Source: a virus
Taxonomy: Duplodnaviria; Caudoviricetes
Length of the DNA stretch: 64,000 bases
IMG/VR virus record: IMGVR_UViG_3300025316_001101
Direction: 5' to 3' (one strand)
Below the pieces are notes generated by a model. That model worked only from the letters and a program-made list of their open reading frames with translations, had not been told where the DNA came from and made no database searches. Each line of letters opens with the position of its first letter. Positions within the stretch are counted from its first letter, which is position 1. This document shows, piece after piece, positions 48,981 to 57,243 of the stretch. The position numbers and the translations under genes were made by a program.

Positions 48981-51962
48981 ATGTCAACACATTGTTTTGT
49001 TAGTTGCTATAATGGCCAAGTGCAATTGCTAAATTGTACAGGGGACTTATCCCCCGATAGTCCAGCATTAAATGTGGATAATAGTTTGCGAAATTTAGCT
49101 GTACAAAAGCAAAATTATAGTGAATTATCAGCCGCAGCAAAAAGTGGAAAATCGTGTGATGTAGTTAATGACTGTGGCTTCTTAACATGCGTCACTGGAG
49201 TACAATCGGTAAACACTTGTCACGGAGCCATTACTTTACACACAGTTGCAACCAGTGCAAGAACTTGCGACATGGTTAATGACGCTGGTTACATCACTTG
49301 TTTTAGTTGTACTCCCGCAGGTATGGCAGATCAAATACAATACAATTGTGGCGGTGTTCTTTGCGGTTCAGAGGGATATAAATACATACTGGCCGACTGC
49401 ACTGTGGTGGAAAGTGGCGGAATAGTAATTGGCGGCGCTAAATGCTCACACGTTGATGGTGCATGTTATACTGTAGTTTGCTGTAGTTGTTCGCACGGCG
49501 AAGGATTTTGCAATAGAGTTCGTGGCTGTGTTGGTCACGTAGAAGGATGTAACAACAGTACGTGTGAGTCTTTTTCACATTCCGAAGGATGTGGAAATAT
49601 GTCAACATGTAGTTCGAATTATTCTCATGCTGAGGGTCATACCAATACTCTTTGTTGTAGTTGCTTTGGTCACGTAGAAGGGTATGGCAATTGTGCAAGA
49701 GGTACATTTATTCACGCTGAAGGATTTTGCGGCTGTTTTGGTGCAGGCAACGTTACCAGTAGTGCTGGTCACATGGAGGGCGTAACTCCAATAGGTTCAA
49801 CAACGAGTTCATTTCATGCTGAAGGTTTTTGTACACAATCTAGCGGCACAATAAGTCATGCTGAAGGCATGTATACCAAAGCTTTATCGATTGCCGCTCA
49901 TGCTGAAGGTTTTTGCGCATGCGCTTGCAGTGGTGCATATCTTGGCGCTCATGCTGAAGGCTTCTGCACATATGCTACTAATAGCAACACTCATGCCGAA
50001 GGTTTTATCCGATATAGCGCAACGGCCACTCCAAACGTAATCTACAATTGCGCATGTGATCTAAGCAGTCATGTGGAAGGTGCTGGAAATTGTGCTCTTG
50101 CGGCAGCGGCTCATGTTGAAGGAGCAGCATACGGGTCTGGAGCCACACATATCATTAATTGTGCGGTTTGTTTTGCCGCCCACGTTGAAGGCGTTGGAAA
50201 TTGTGGCTGTGGTGGTCAGTTTAGTCATATTGAAGGAGGATGTCATTATATTTGTTGCACTGGGTCATCCTATGGCTGTGCCACTCACATGGAAGGATTT
50301 TGTAACGTCGTGTACTCGAACCAGACTCAAATAGCTCATCACATAGAAGGGTATGGGAATATTGGGTTCTGCGGCAGCAGTTACATGCACATAGAAGGAT
50401 TGTGTAATATGGGCTATGCTTCACCGGGAAGTAAACCTCTTCATGTAGAAGGATGCCAAACATTTGCTTGCGGTGGTCAGATACATGTAGAGGGTGTATG
50501 TACCTGTGCAAGCGGTGGTGGTAACAACATACACATGGAAGGATGCAGAAATAGAGCGGTATCTGATAATGCACATGTTGAAGGATTTTGTAATTTTATA
50601 CCGTGTACTGGCACGCAAGGGCACATAGAAGGGTTTTGCAATTTGATTACCACCGTAACGAACACACAGCACGTGGAAGGATTTTGTAATTTTGTATGTG
50701 CTGGCATCGCAGATCATGTTCATGGCGCTTATAATAAGGTTATAGCTTGTAATTCATCTTGTAATATGGGTAATCACACTCAAGGACTTTGCAGTGTTTT
50801 ATGTACCTCCTGTGCTGTGGGTTCTCACGTTGAAGGATTTTGCAATTATATCGCTTACTCACCAGTGTATATTTGCGGTAATCATATGGAAGGATTTTGC
50901 AATTATCAAGTGTGTGGAGATGCTTCACACATGGAAGGATCGTGCAATAGAGCATGTTGCTACGGCGCTCATATTGAAGGTATATGCAATTGTATAAGTG
51001 CGCAGTGTATACATGCAGAAGGTGGCTGTCATTGCATTGGCATAGGAGCTACTCCTAGTAATATGCATATTGAAGGATTTGGTGCGTGTTTGGGAAATTC
51101 ATCTCAATGTAATTCTCATCTAGAAGGATATAAACCATTCGCTACATGCATTGGTTCTTGTACCAATTACGACATGCACATCGAAGGATGTTGTAATATT
51201 GGTGCTGGTGATGCGGTTCATGCCCAAGGATTTTGTACATGTGCATGCTGTTGTATGGCTCATACCGAAGGGTGTTGTACCTGTGTTGGATTTTGTTATG
51301 GTCATGCCGAAGGGTGTTGTACAGGTGTTGGTGGAAACGCTGGTGGCCATGCCCAAGGATTTTGTACCAAAGCTTGTGGTCTTGCTTCGCACGCAGAGGG
51401 ATTTTGCTCTTCAAATTCGGTTACTGCTCCTTATTCTCATGCAGAAGGATTTTGTACCGCAACATGTTGTTGTGCATCTCATGCCGAAGGATTTTGTACA
51501 TCTGCTTGTGGTCAGGCCGCTCATGCAGAAGGATATGCTTCTAGTGCTAATTTAACCGCTCAACACACTACATCTAGTGGAATATTCGCAGTTGGATCAT
51601 GTCAGCCCGATAATAAACACTTTAGATATTATAGCCAAGTATGCACTGTAAATGCTTCGACATTGCCCATTGCAAACTTCGCATTAAGTGGAACCACTGC
51701 ATACAATATGCACATATCAGCTTACAATAAATCTTGCGATCTTGGTGCTGGATTTTATGTATGGGGCCTAGCCAATCCATCAGGTGGTATATGTTGCTGT
51801 TGTTGTGGTTATAATGAAGTTGGTCCCGGTGCAGTAAATGCTGTTACTGGTATTACAGTGGGATTCTCCACTAACTGCATAGTTGCTTGCGCAACAGGAT
51901 GTGCGGCTCAAAATATATTATGGCACATGGTTGTTACGGCAGTAGACATATCAACTTTTTAA
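48981..51962 (+). CDS. Cys-rich tail fibre/adhesin-like protein 3
   Basis: Same repeat architecture. Confidence 0.75.
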   Translation: MSTHCFVSCYNGQVQLLNCTGDLSPDSPALNVDNSLRNLAVQKQNYSELSAAAKSGKSCDVVNDCGFLTCVTGVQSVNTCHGAITLHTVATSARTCDMVNDAGYITCFSCTPAGMADQIQYNCGGVLCGSEGYKYILADCTVVESGGIVIGGAKCSHVDGACYTVVCCSCSHGEGFCNRVRGCVGHVEGCNNSTCESFSHSEGCGNMSTCSSNYSHAEGHTNTLCCSCFGHVEGYGNCARGTFIHAEGFCGCFGAGNVTSSAGHMEGVTPIGSTTSSFHAEGFCTQSSGTISHAEGMYTKALSIAAHAEGFCACACSGAYLGAHAEGFCTYATNSNTHAEGFIRYSATATPNVIYNCACDLSSHVEGAGNCALAAAAHVEGAAYGSGATHIINCAVCFAAHVEGVGNCGCGGQFSHIEGGCHYICCTGSSYGCATHMEGFCNVVYSNQTQIAHHIEGYGNIGFCGSSYMHIEGLCNMGYASPGSKPLHVEGCQTFACGGQIHVEGVCTCASGGGNNIHMEGCRNRAVSDNAHVEGFCNFIPCTGTQGHIEGFCNLITTVTNTQHVEGFCNFVCAGIADHVHGAYNKVIACNSSCNMGNHTQGLCSVLCTSCAVGSHVEGFCNYIAYSPVYICGNHMEGFCNYQVCGDASHMEGSCNRACCYGAHIEGICNCISAQCIHAEGGCHCIGIGATPSNMHIEGFGACLGNSSQCNSHLEGYKPFATCIGSCTNYDMHIEGCCNIGAGDAVHAQGFCTCACCCMAHTEGCCTCVGFCYGHAEGCCTGVGGNAGGHAQGFCTKACGLASHAEGFCSSNSVTAPYSHAEGFCTATCCCASHAEGFCTSACGQAAHAEGYASSANLTAQHTTSSGIFAVGSCQPDNKHFRYYSQVCTVNASTLPIANFALSGTTAYNMHISAYNKSCDLGAGFYVWGLANPSGGICCCCCGYNEVGPGAVNAVTGITVGFSTNCIVACATGCAAQNILWHMVVTAVDISTF

Positions 51963-52009
51963 CATGTGTAGCATAAATAGGATATGTGCTTAAATTAAAG
52001 GAGAAAAAT

Positions 52010-52309
52010 ATGGCTGCTATAGAACTCAATACCCCAGAAATAACACCAGCTACACCAGAAAAAGTATATAATCTTTTGTGGCTGTCGCAACTTAATATTA
52101 TGGCCGATAATCCTAATCAAAAAGTTGCAGTAAGTGCCAGACTTGATAAAGGAAGAATTCTTGAAGATGGCGTAACATGGGAGCTAAAAAAAGATGGTAG
52201 TTCTTATGTAAATATAGATGATTTCTTTGCCGAAGCAGAAGCTAATCCTGCCTTGCTTCAAATCATGGGAGGCATACTTACAGAACTTAAAACAAGAGCC
52301 GCACTGTAA
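52010..52309 (+). CDS. Putative tail-fibre assembly/chaperone protein, copy 2
   Basis: 'MAAI.L.TPE..PA.PEK.Y.LLWLSQ...DKGRILEDG.TWELK...DFFAEAE..P.L..IMG.IL...KTR..L' shared with copy 1. Confidence 0.5.
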   Translation: MAAIELNTPEITPATPEKVYNLLWLSQLNIMADNPNQKVAVSARLDKGRILEDGVTWELKKDGSSYVNIDDFFAEAEANPALLQIMGGILTELKTRAAL

Positions 52310-52320
52310 TTAATAATATA

Positions 52321-52354
52321 GATCTCAATGTCGGCGTAAGCCGACATTGAGATC
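52321..52354. terminator. Terminator of the CAATGTCGGC-N4-GCCGACATTG family
   Basis: gatctcaatgtcggc-gtaa-gccgacattgagatc. Confidence 0.75.
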
Positions 52355-52458
52355 ATTTGGTATCAGCACCTAAAAGCCTTTCTAAAATGTTTGTAAAAAA
52401 ATATAAATTTCACTCTAATAATCTTACAAACACCACTTTTAGGACTTGGAGATAGATA

Positions 52459-53187
52459 ATGTGGGATAAAATCCAATGTGTAATTCAAACTTATAATCAG
52501 CCTGCCACCAAAGAACTACAACAATGGATCGCTTGGACCAAAGTTGATTGGCGATACAGTGAAGGCGGATATGAAATTGATGTGGCCAAGAATCGTTCGG
52601 TTATGAAGTTCCTTGCCGAAGACGTTCCCAGAGGAAAGGAATATTTATTAATGATTGCCAATGATATGGTTCCGATGCCAACGACTTTCAATATTTTGAC
52701 AGAACCAGGAGATTTGATTTATTGTCAATCAATGGGAAATGAAGGTCGATTAGACCATCATGGCGACAAGAATTTTTCTGCCGCCTGTTGGAGAGGACAT
52801 GCTAAGGTTTTACAATCATTTGGCCCACCGTGGTTCCGTATGGGCCATACTGGGGATCGCACTTCTCAAACATATTGTGATTGTGGATATTTCAAAGATC
52901 GAGCACAAGAACAAGGATACGATGGTCGGCAAGTGGGAATTATTGGACATGAACAGAGATGTATTCTTACCCCTCATGGAGAAGATATACAAAAATGGAG
53001 CATGATTTGGCCTAGTGGTTGGCCATTAGGGGATGTATTTGCATCCACACAACCAAAAACAACCGCTGCTCAGTCCCTTGCGACTCCTGTAACCCCTTGC
53101 CCATGTCCGTGTCCGAAACCGGCTGTTACAGCAGCAACTCCAGTTGTCGCTCAACCACAAGCGATTTCTGCGATGCCTGCATGCTAA
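52459..53187 (+). CDS. GT-A-like glycosyltransferase with Pro/Thr/Ala-rich tail
   Basis: 'DVAKNR.V..FL...YLLMIANDMVP' resembles phage GT2-like proteins, with a degenerate DxD. Confidence 0.5.
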   Translation: MWDKIQCVIQTYNQPATKELQQWIAWTKVDWRYSEGGYEIDVAKNRSVMKFLAEDVPRGKEYLLMIANDMVPMPTTFNILTEPGDLIYCQSMGNEGRLDHHGDKNFSAACWRGHAKVLQSFGPPWFRMGHTGDRTSQTYCDCGYFKDRAQEQGYDGRQVGIIGHEQRCILTPHGEDIQKWSMIWPSGWPLGDVFASTQPKTTAAQSLATPVTPCPCPCPKPAVTAATPVVAQPQAISAMPAC

Positions 53188-53195
53188 TTTAATTG

Positions 53196-53234
53196 AAAAA
53201 CCCAATGTCGGCCTACGCCGACATTGGGTTTTTT
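53196..53234. terminator. Bidirectional terminator of the CAATGTCGGC family, also downstream of the tRNA
   Basis: aaaaacccaatgtcggc-ctac-gccgacattgggttttt. Confidence 0.85.
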
Positions 53235-53236
53235 AG

Positions 53237-53344
53237 TAGCCGAAGCGGGACTTGCACCCGCACGGAGGTTACCCTCCACAAGATTTTAATTCATAGCGAT
53301 GACTGTCGCTTGTCTTGTGTGTCTGCTAATTTCACCATTCGGCC
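53237..53344 (-). tRNA. tRNA-Leu(UAA), type II, with a 22-nt insertion between positions 32 and 33
   Basis: Acceptor GGCCGAA/TTCGGCT, D-stem GTG/CAC, anticodon stem CAAGA/TCTTG with loop C|T-TAA-AA, variable arm GGAGG-GTAA-CCTCC, T-stem GCGGG/CCCGC; no encoded CCA. Confidence 0.85.
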
Positions 53345-53345
53345 A

Positions 53346-54254
53346 TCAACTATTTAGCAACTTCCCCATTCTATCTATAGCGTTTTGTCTTCGCAAATGA
53401 GTTTTGGCATATTCTTGACCAGCTTTACCTATCATTTCTGCCTTTTCGGGATTCTCCACAGTCCAATTAACTGCTTGCAACATCCCTTCCGCCGTTTCGG
53501 CGGAAGGGATGTAGTGTACCCAAGGCTGAAAACTGCCATCGAACCAGAACCATTGTTCATATTTACGATCTGTAGCAATTATTGGCCTTCCTGTAGCTAG
53601 CAACAGCGGAAGCCGTCCACTATGCCCATTTGCCGTCAAATCAATTAGAATTCTATATTTACAATGCTCTACGAGGGTAATATAATCGCTGGTGTGCTGG
53701 TAAAGGTTGGTTTTATCCCGTCGATTCCATTCCATCATGCGAATATCCATAAGATCTGGATATTGAGCCGCCAAATCATTGGCTACCACTCTAGTTGGGT
53801 GGGTATTGGCACCGATCCAAAATGCCCGTGAATTGACTGGCAACACCTCTCCTGCCCGCACCAATTCTTGAAAGGTTGTTTCATAGTCCAAAATTCCTAC
53901 TTCGGGCCATGCATCAAACACAAAGTTGGGCATGCATTTATCTAATAGGTCTTTTGAAGTAATGGAAAACGAAAAGTCGGCAGCATGATTAAAAATGTCA
54001 CCAGTATCAATGTGAATCATTTTTTCTGGTCTAGACTGGTCACTTTTTACACATTGATCCCAAGCTGCCTTGAGCAAACGTATTAAAGATGGGTGTCTAG
54101 TTTCATGACATCCATAGTCATTAAATTCTATTTTGGCATGATCATAGATCATGTCTAATTTTTCTTTACCGTAGTGTATACGGTTAGTCGTCTCTCGGGT
54201 CGGCAACGTCAATTTTGTAATCAGCTTCTTCATCAAATTTCTCGAACATTTCAT
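53346..54254 (-). CDS. Glycosyltransferase family 90 (CAP10-domain) protein
   Basis: 'HCKYRILID...GHSGRL..LL..G..I...WF...FQPWVHYIP...V.W...NPEKAE.IG..G.EYA'. Confidence 0.8.
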   Translation of the reverse strand: MKCSRNLMKKLITKLTLPTRETTNRIHYGKEKLDMIYDHAKIEFNDYGCHETRHPSLIRLLKAAWDQCVKSDQSRPEKMIHIDTGDIFNHAADFSFSITSKDLLDKCMPNFVFDAWPEVGILDYETTFQELVRAGEVLPVNSRAFWIGANTHPTRVVANDLAAQYPDLMDIRMMEWNRRDKTNLYQHTSDYITLVEHCKYRILIDLTANGHSGRLPLLLATGRPIIATDRKYEQWFWFDGSFQPWVHYIPSAETAEGMLQAVNWTVENPEKAEMIGKAGQEYAKTHLRRQNAIDRMGKLLNS

Positions 54255-55599
54255 CTACGGATGTATATCGGTTGGGTTCCACTTCTTTTTCATAGGATGT
54301 CTCTTTTTCAATGTCTTCCTTGGCTTCTTCCCAAGGAATCGTTTTCTCAACACCAGATTTTACATCTTCAACTCGTTGTTTCAAATCTTCGCACATTTCC
54401 TGTGCTTGTTCTGGTCCACCATAGAAAGATACTTCCCAATAAACAGTATCAAGAATTTCCAATAAAGTGAAATGCTGTTTGCCGATTGAAATTTTATTCT
54501 CAAAATGTTCGTACACGTCTAAAGTATCATCAGCTACAATTGAAAGATCAGCCAATTCACACATCGGGGTGAAACCAATGCCGTAGTGTTGGGTTTCTGG
54601 CGAAGGCACGGGATTACCATCTTTATCCTTGACGCCATACTTTACCCACTCTGCCTTTTCTTCTTCGCTCAATGGCCCGTAACCATGAATATCGCAACCC
54701 ATACCGATGTCACGATCTTCTTTGTATACATGTACTTCACCACGTCTTGTCAATTTCAAAAAATACAAAGTGGTAGGAGTTGCAGGCAACTTAGCAGCAG
54801 CATGGAATTCATCAATGGAACGGCACCAAGAGTATTGAGCAATCAGGCATTTGAGTGCTTCATTTGAATCTACAAAATTGAACAAATCTCGCAGACTGAA
54901 ATTTTCCGCAATCGAACAAGGGCTCATCAAATATTGTAGGGGATCAAGTTTCTCTCCTATTGCATTGAAAACCCCATCTTTTTTCAAATAAATTTCTTCG
55001 ACATCATCAGGATGACGACCGAATAGACTTTCCAACATTTCAAGAAGCGTGAAACAATAAGTACCTTGCAAGACTACTTTGCCATCATCGTATATCTTGA
55101 ATTCCTCATCCAGTTTTAGAGGTACATCCCAATCAGCGTGAGGGATGGTAAAACTATTGTTGGATACAATGGTCAACATTCCATCCAAGCCGACTAATCC
55201 TTCACGACTAATGATGAGTGGGCCATTGGTTGTAGATTCAGGCTCTTCCTTTTGACGTTGATAGTCAAACAGCGGCAGCATCGCCAGGGCCAACAGTTCG
55301 AGTTCTTCAGTATTTTTAATAAAATCCATCAAATCTCTTAGGGTAAAACCCTCTTCGATTTGAATTCGATCTCGCAAAGAAGTGAAGACGTTATTGACCG
55401 GGCCGATGTCATAGAAAAAATCATCGGCATCTTCCGGTGTGTTGGCTGTAAAAACGATTTCACCGCTTTCACGGTTTACAATGACACATTTGCCATCTTT
55501 TTTACGACGTTTGTGTTCACCGCAACGATCACCATTCCATTCGCACTTAATCAAACCCTGTTTCGTTAGTGTCAAGCCAGCATCCATATCGTTCTCCAA
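54184..55599 (-). CDS. Hypothetical acidic protein with internal duplication
   Basis: ORF track; repeated 'F(T/S)LRDL..F' and 'FTLLE.L' segments. Confidence 0.55.
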   Translation of the reverse strand: MENDMDAGLTLTKQGLIKCEWNGDRCGEHKRRKKDGKCVIVNRESGEIVFTANTPEDADDFFYDIGPVNNVFTSLRDRIQIEEGFTLRDLMDFIKNTEELELLALAMLPLFDYQRQKEEPESTTNGPLIISREGLVGLDGMLTIVSNNSFTIPHADWDVPLKLDEEFKIYDDGKVVLQGTYCFTLLEMLESLFGRHPDDVEEIYLKKDGVFNAIGEKLDPLQYLMSPCSIAENFSLRDLFNFVDSNEALKCLIAQYSWCRSIDEFHAAAKLPATPTTLYFLKLTRRGEVHVYKEDRDIGMGCDIHGYGPLSEEEKAEWVKYGVKDKDGNPVPSPETQHYGIGFTPMCELADLSIVADDTLDVYEHFENKISIGKQHFTLLEILDTVYWEVSFYGGPEQAQEMCEDLKQRVEDVKSGVEKTIPWEEAKEDIEKETSYEKEVEPNRYTSVDEMFEKFDEEADYKIDVADPRDD

Positions 55600-55615
55600 T
55601 GCAAATGTACAAAAA

Positions 55616-55820
55616 AAATTGCCCCGTACCCACGCTTCTGTTCTATGTAGTCATTTCTCTATTGGCCGCTACCCGTCCTCGTCGAGCCGTTCATCCTCTC
55701 AGACTGTTTGCGTTACAACCTCGGAAGTGCAAGCGACTTACGTCTCCTTCCTTAAACGGTGTTGGCGTGAGGTTCCTCACATCCCAGTTACCTGGGGTAG
55801 TGCGACTACTCGGGCAATTT
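55616..55820 (-). ncRNA. rnpB: Minimal RNase P RNA (catalytic domain with reduced S-domain)
   Basis: CR-I GAGGAACCUCACGC, CR-IV AGAGAAAU and CR-V ACAGAAGCGUGGGUA. P2 GUAGUC/GACUAC; P4 ACC-U-CACGC/GCGUG-GGU with bulged U; P5 CAAC/GUUG; P6 CCGUU/AACGG; P15 CGC/GCG with L15 GGGUA; P16 and P17 present. Confidence 0.88.
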
Positions 55821-55824
55821 CCTT

Positions 55825-55853
55825 ATTATAGCGTAGATTGCTTGGTTTGTAAA
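55825..55853 (-). promoter_or_regulatory. Sigma70-type promoter for the RNase P RNA
   Basis: TTTACA (55853-55848), a 17-nt spacer, then TATAAT (55830-55825); predicted start near 55818-55820. Confidence 0.8.
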
Positions 55854-55972
55854 CCATAGCTTGGAAGTAACGACTTGATCGTTTGCGCAACTGCTGATCT
55901 ATCCACAACATAGAGGCTGGGAATAATATTGAGAGCCATGCATACCAATGTTCTTGTCTTCCCACCAGTGAA

Positions 55973-57187
55973 TTACCCCGCCGCTAAAGACGGCGGGGCT
56001 TCCAGTCCAGACAGCAGCCCACTCAAAGCAGGTCTTACGCCATGACAACTGGCTATCTCCGTAATTCCTACGGTTCTATTTTCTAAATTTATTCCTTGTC
56101 TCAATATGTTGGTCGCAGCGTTCCTATCTCGGTCAAGTTTTGTCTCACAACGAGGACAAATCCATTCTCGGTCAGCAAGTGTTAGTTCATCGTTGATGTA
56201 GCCGCAATGATTACAAGTTTTACTGGATGGAAACCATCGGCTCACTTGTATCAACTGACGACCATACCACTTTGCTTTGTAGGTTATCTGCCGAACCAAC
56301 TCATACAAAGAACAATCCCAAATACTTTTAGACAACCTACGATTTTTCATCATACCAGAAATGCACAAATCCTCCAACACGATAGTTTGGTTTTCACTAA
56401 CGATTTGATGGCTGACCTTGTGTAGATGGTCTTGACGAATGTTGTGGATGTAATTGTCTAACTTTGCGAGGCGTAATCGTGCTTTCTGTCTCCCTTTGCT
56501 ATCTTTTTCAGTTCTGGATAGTGCTTTGGCTAATACTCGCCTACGCTTCTCCAAACTGCGATAAGGACGAATATTTGGATAGGTTTTCCCATCCGAACAA
56601 GTCGCAAGTGCTTTCACGCCTAAATCAATCCCAACCGCCTTTTCCACAACAGGCAGTTTAGGAATATGTCGCTGAACACCAATACAGGCAAAATACTGAC
56701 CCGCTTTATTTTTGCTGATAGTAGCGTTTCGGATTTCGCCTTCAATGGGTCGGTGTAATGTAATTTCAATACCCTCTCGGAACTTCACAATATGGAGTTT
56801 GTTGATACGAACCTCAACATGTTGAGGAACACGGAAGGATTGCTTGTGATTTCTTTTCTTAAATCTCGGAAATTTAGCCAAGTTCTTATAGAACCTGTTG
56901 AAACCAGAGTCCAGATGTTTGAGGGCGTGCTGTAATGATTGACTATTCACTTCATTCAACCAGTCCAATTCATCCTTGACTTTTGTTAGTTCTTTGGCAT
57001 CATCGTTGTAGTTCAAAGACTTCTTTTCCAAGTCCTTTTCTTTGGCTTCAAGATAGAACTTTACACGGCGGTCAAGGAAACGATTATACACAAAGCGGAC
57101 GCAGCCGAAGTGCTTGGAGAGTTTAATTTCCTGCTCTTTTGTTGGGTAAATCCTGAACTTGTATGTATAATCCGTGTGTTGTTCCAT
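55973..57187 (-). CDS. tnpB: TnpB RNA-guided nuclease with intact-looking RuvC
   Basis: HTH 'YKFRIYPT'; RuvC motifs 'GIDLG', 'IVLEDL' and 'DRDRNAA'; zinc finger CNHC/CPRC. Confidence 0.95.
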   Translation of the reverse strand: MEQHTDYTYKFRIYPTKEQEIKLSKHFGCVRFVYNRFLDRRVKFYLEAKEKDLEKKSLNYNDDAKELTKVKDELDWLNEVNSQSLQHALKHLDSGFNRFYKNLAKFPRFKKRNHKQSFRVPQHVEVRINKLHIVKFREGIEITLHRPIEGEIRNATISKNKAGQYFACIGVQRHIPKLPVVEKAVGIDLGVKALATCSDGKTYPNIRPYRSLEKRRRVLAKALSRTEKDSKGRQKARLRLAKLDNYIHNIRQDHLHKVSHQIVSENQTIVLEDLCISGMMKNRRLSKSIWDCSLYELVRQITYKAKWYGRQLIQVSRWFPSSKTCNHCGYINDELTLADREWICPRCETKLDRDRNAATNILRQGINLENRTVGITEIASCHGVRPALSGLLSGLEAPPSLAAG

Positions 57188-57243
57188 TGCTTCCTATACT
57201 GATTTCTGATATAGTATAGTATGCAACTCGGAGAAAATTTTTC

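Noticed and set aside
42052-51555. Numerous short alternative-frame and antisense ORFs inside the fibre genes
   Set aside because: They are by-products of the repetitive, biased codon pattern of the fibre genes.
42032-51962. Reassignment of TGT/TGC codons to explain the Cys excess
   Set aside because: Cys codons are used normally in conserved motifs elsewhere (TnpB zinc finger, C39 catalytic Cys, HNH) and the excess is confined to three genes.
53290-53311. Group I intron or archaeal bulge-helix-bulge intron in the tRNA
   Set aside because: 22 nt is far too short for a group I intron, and I could not form two 3-nt bulges around a 4-bp helix.
55569-55965. Short ORFs overlapping the RNase P-like RNA (55439-55831, 55569-55859, 55777-55965)
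   Set aside because: They have no ribosome-binding sites or motifs; the RNA structure and promoter explain the region better.
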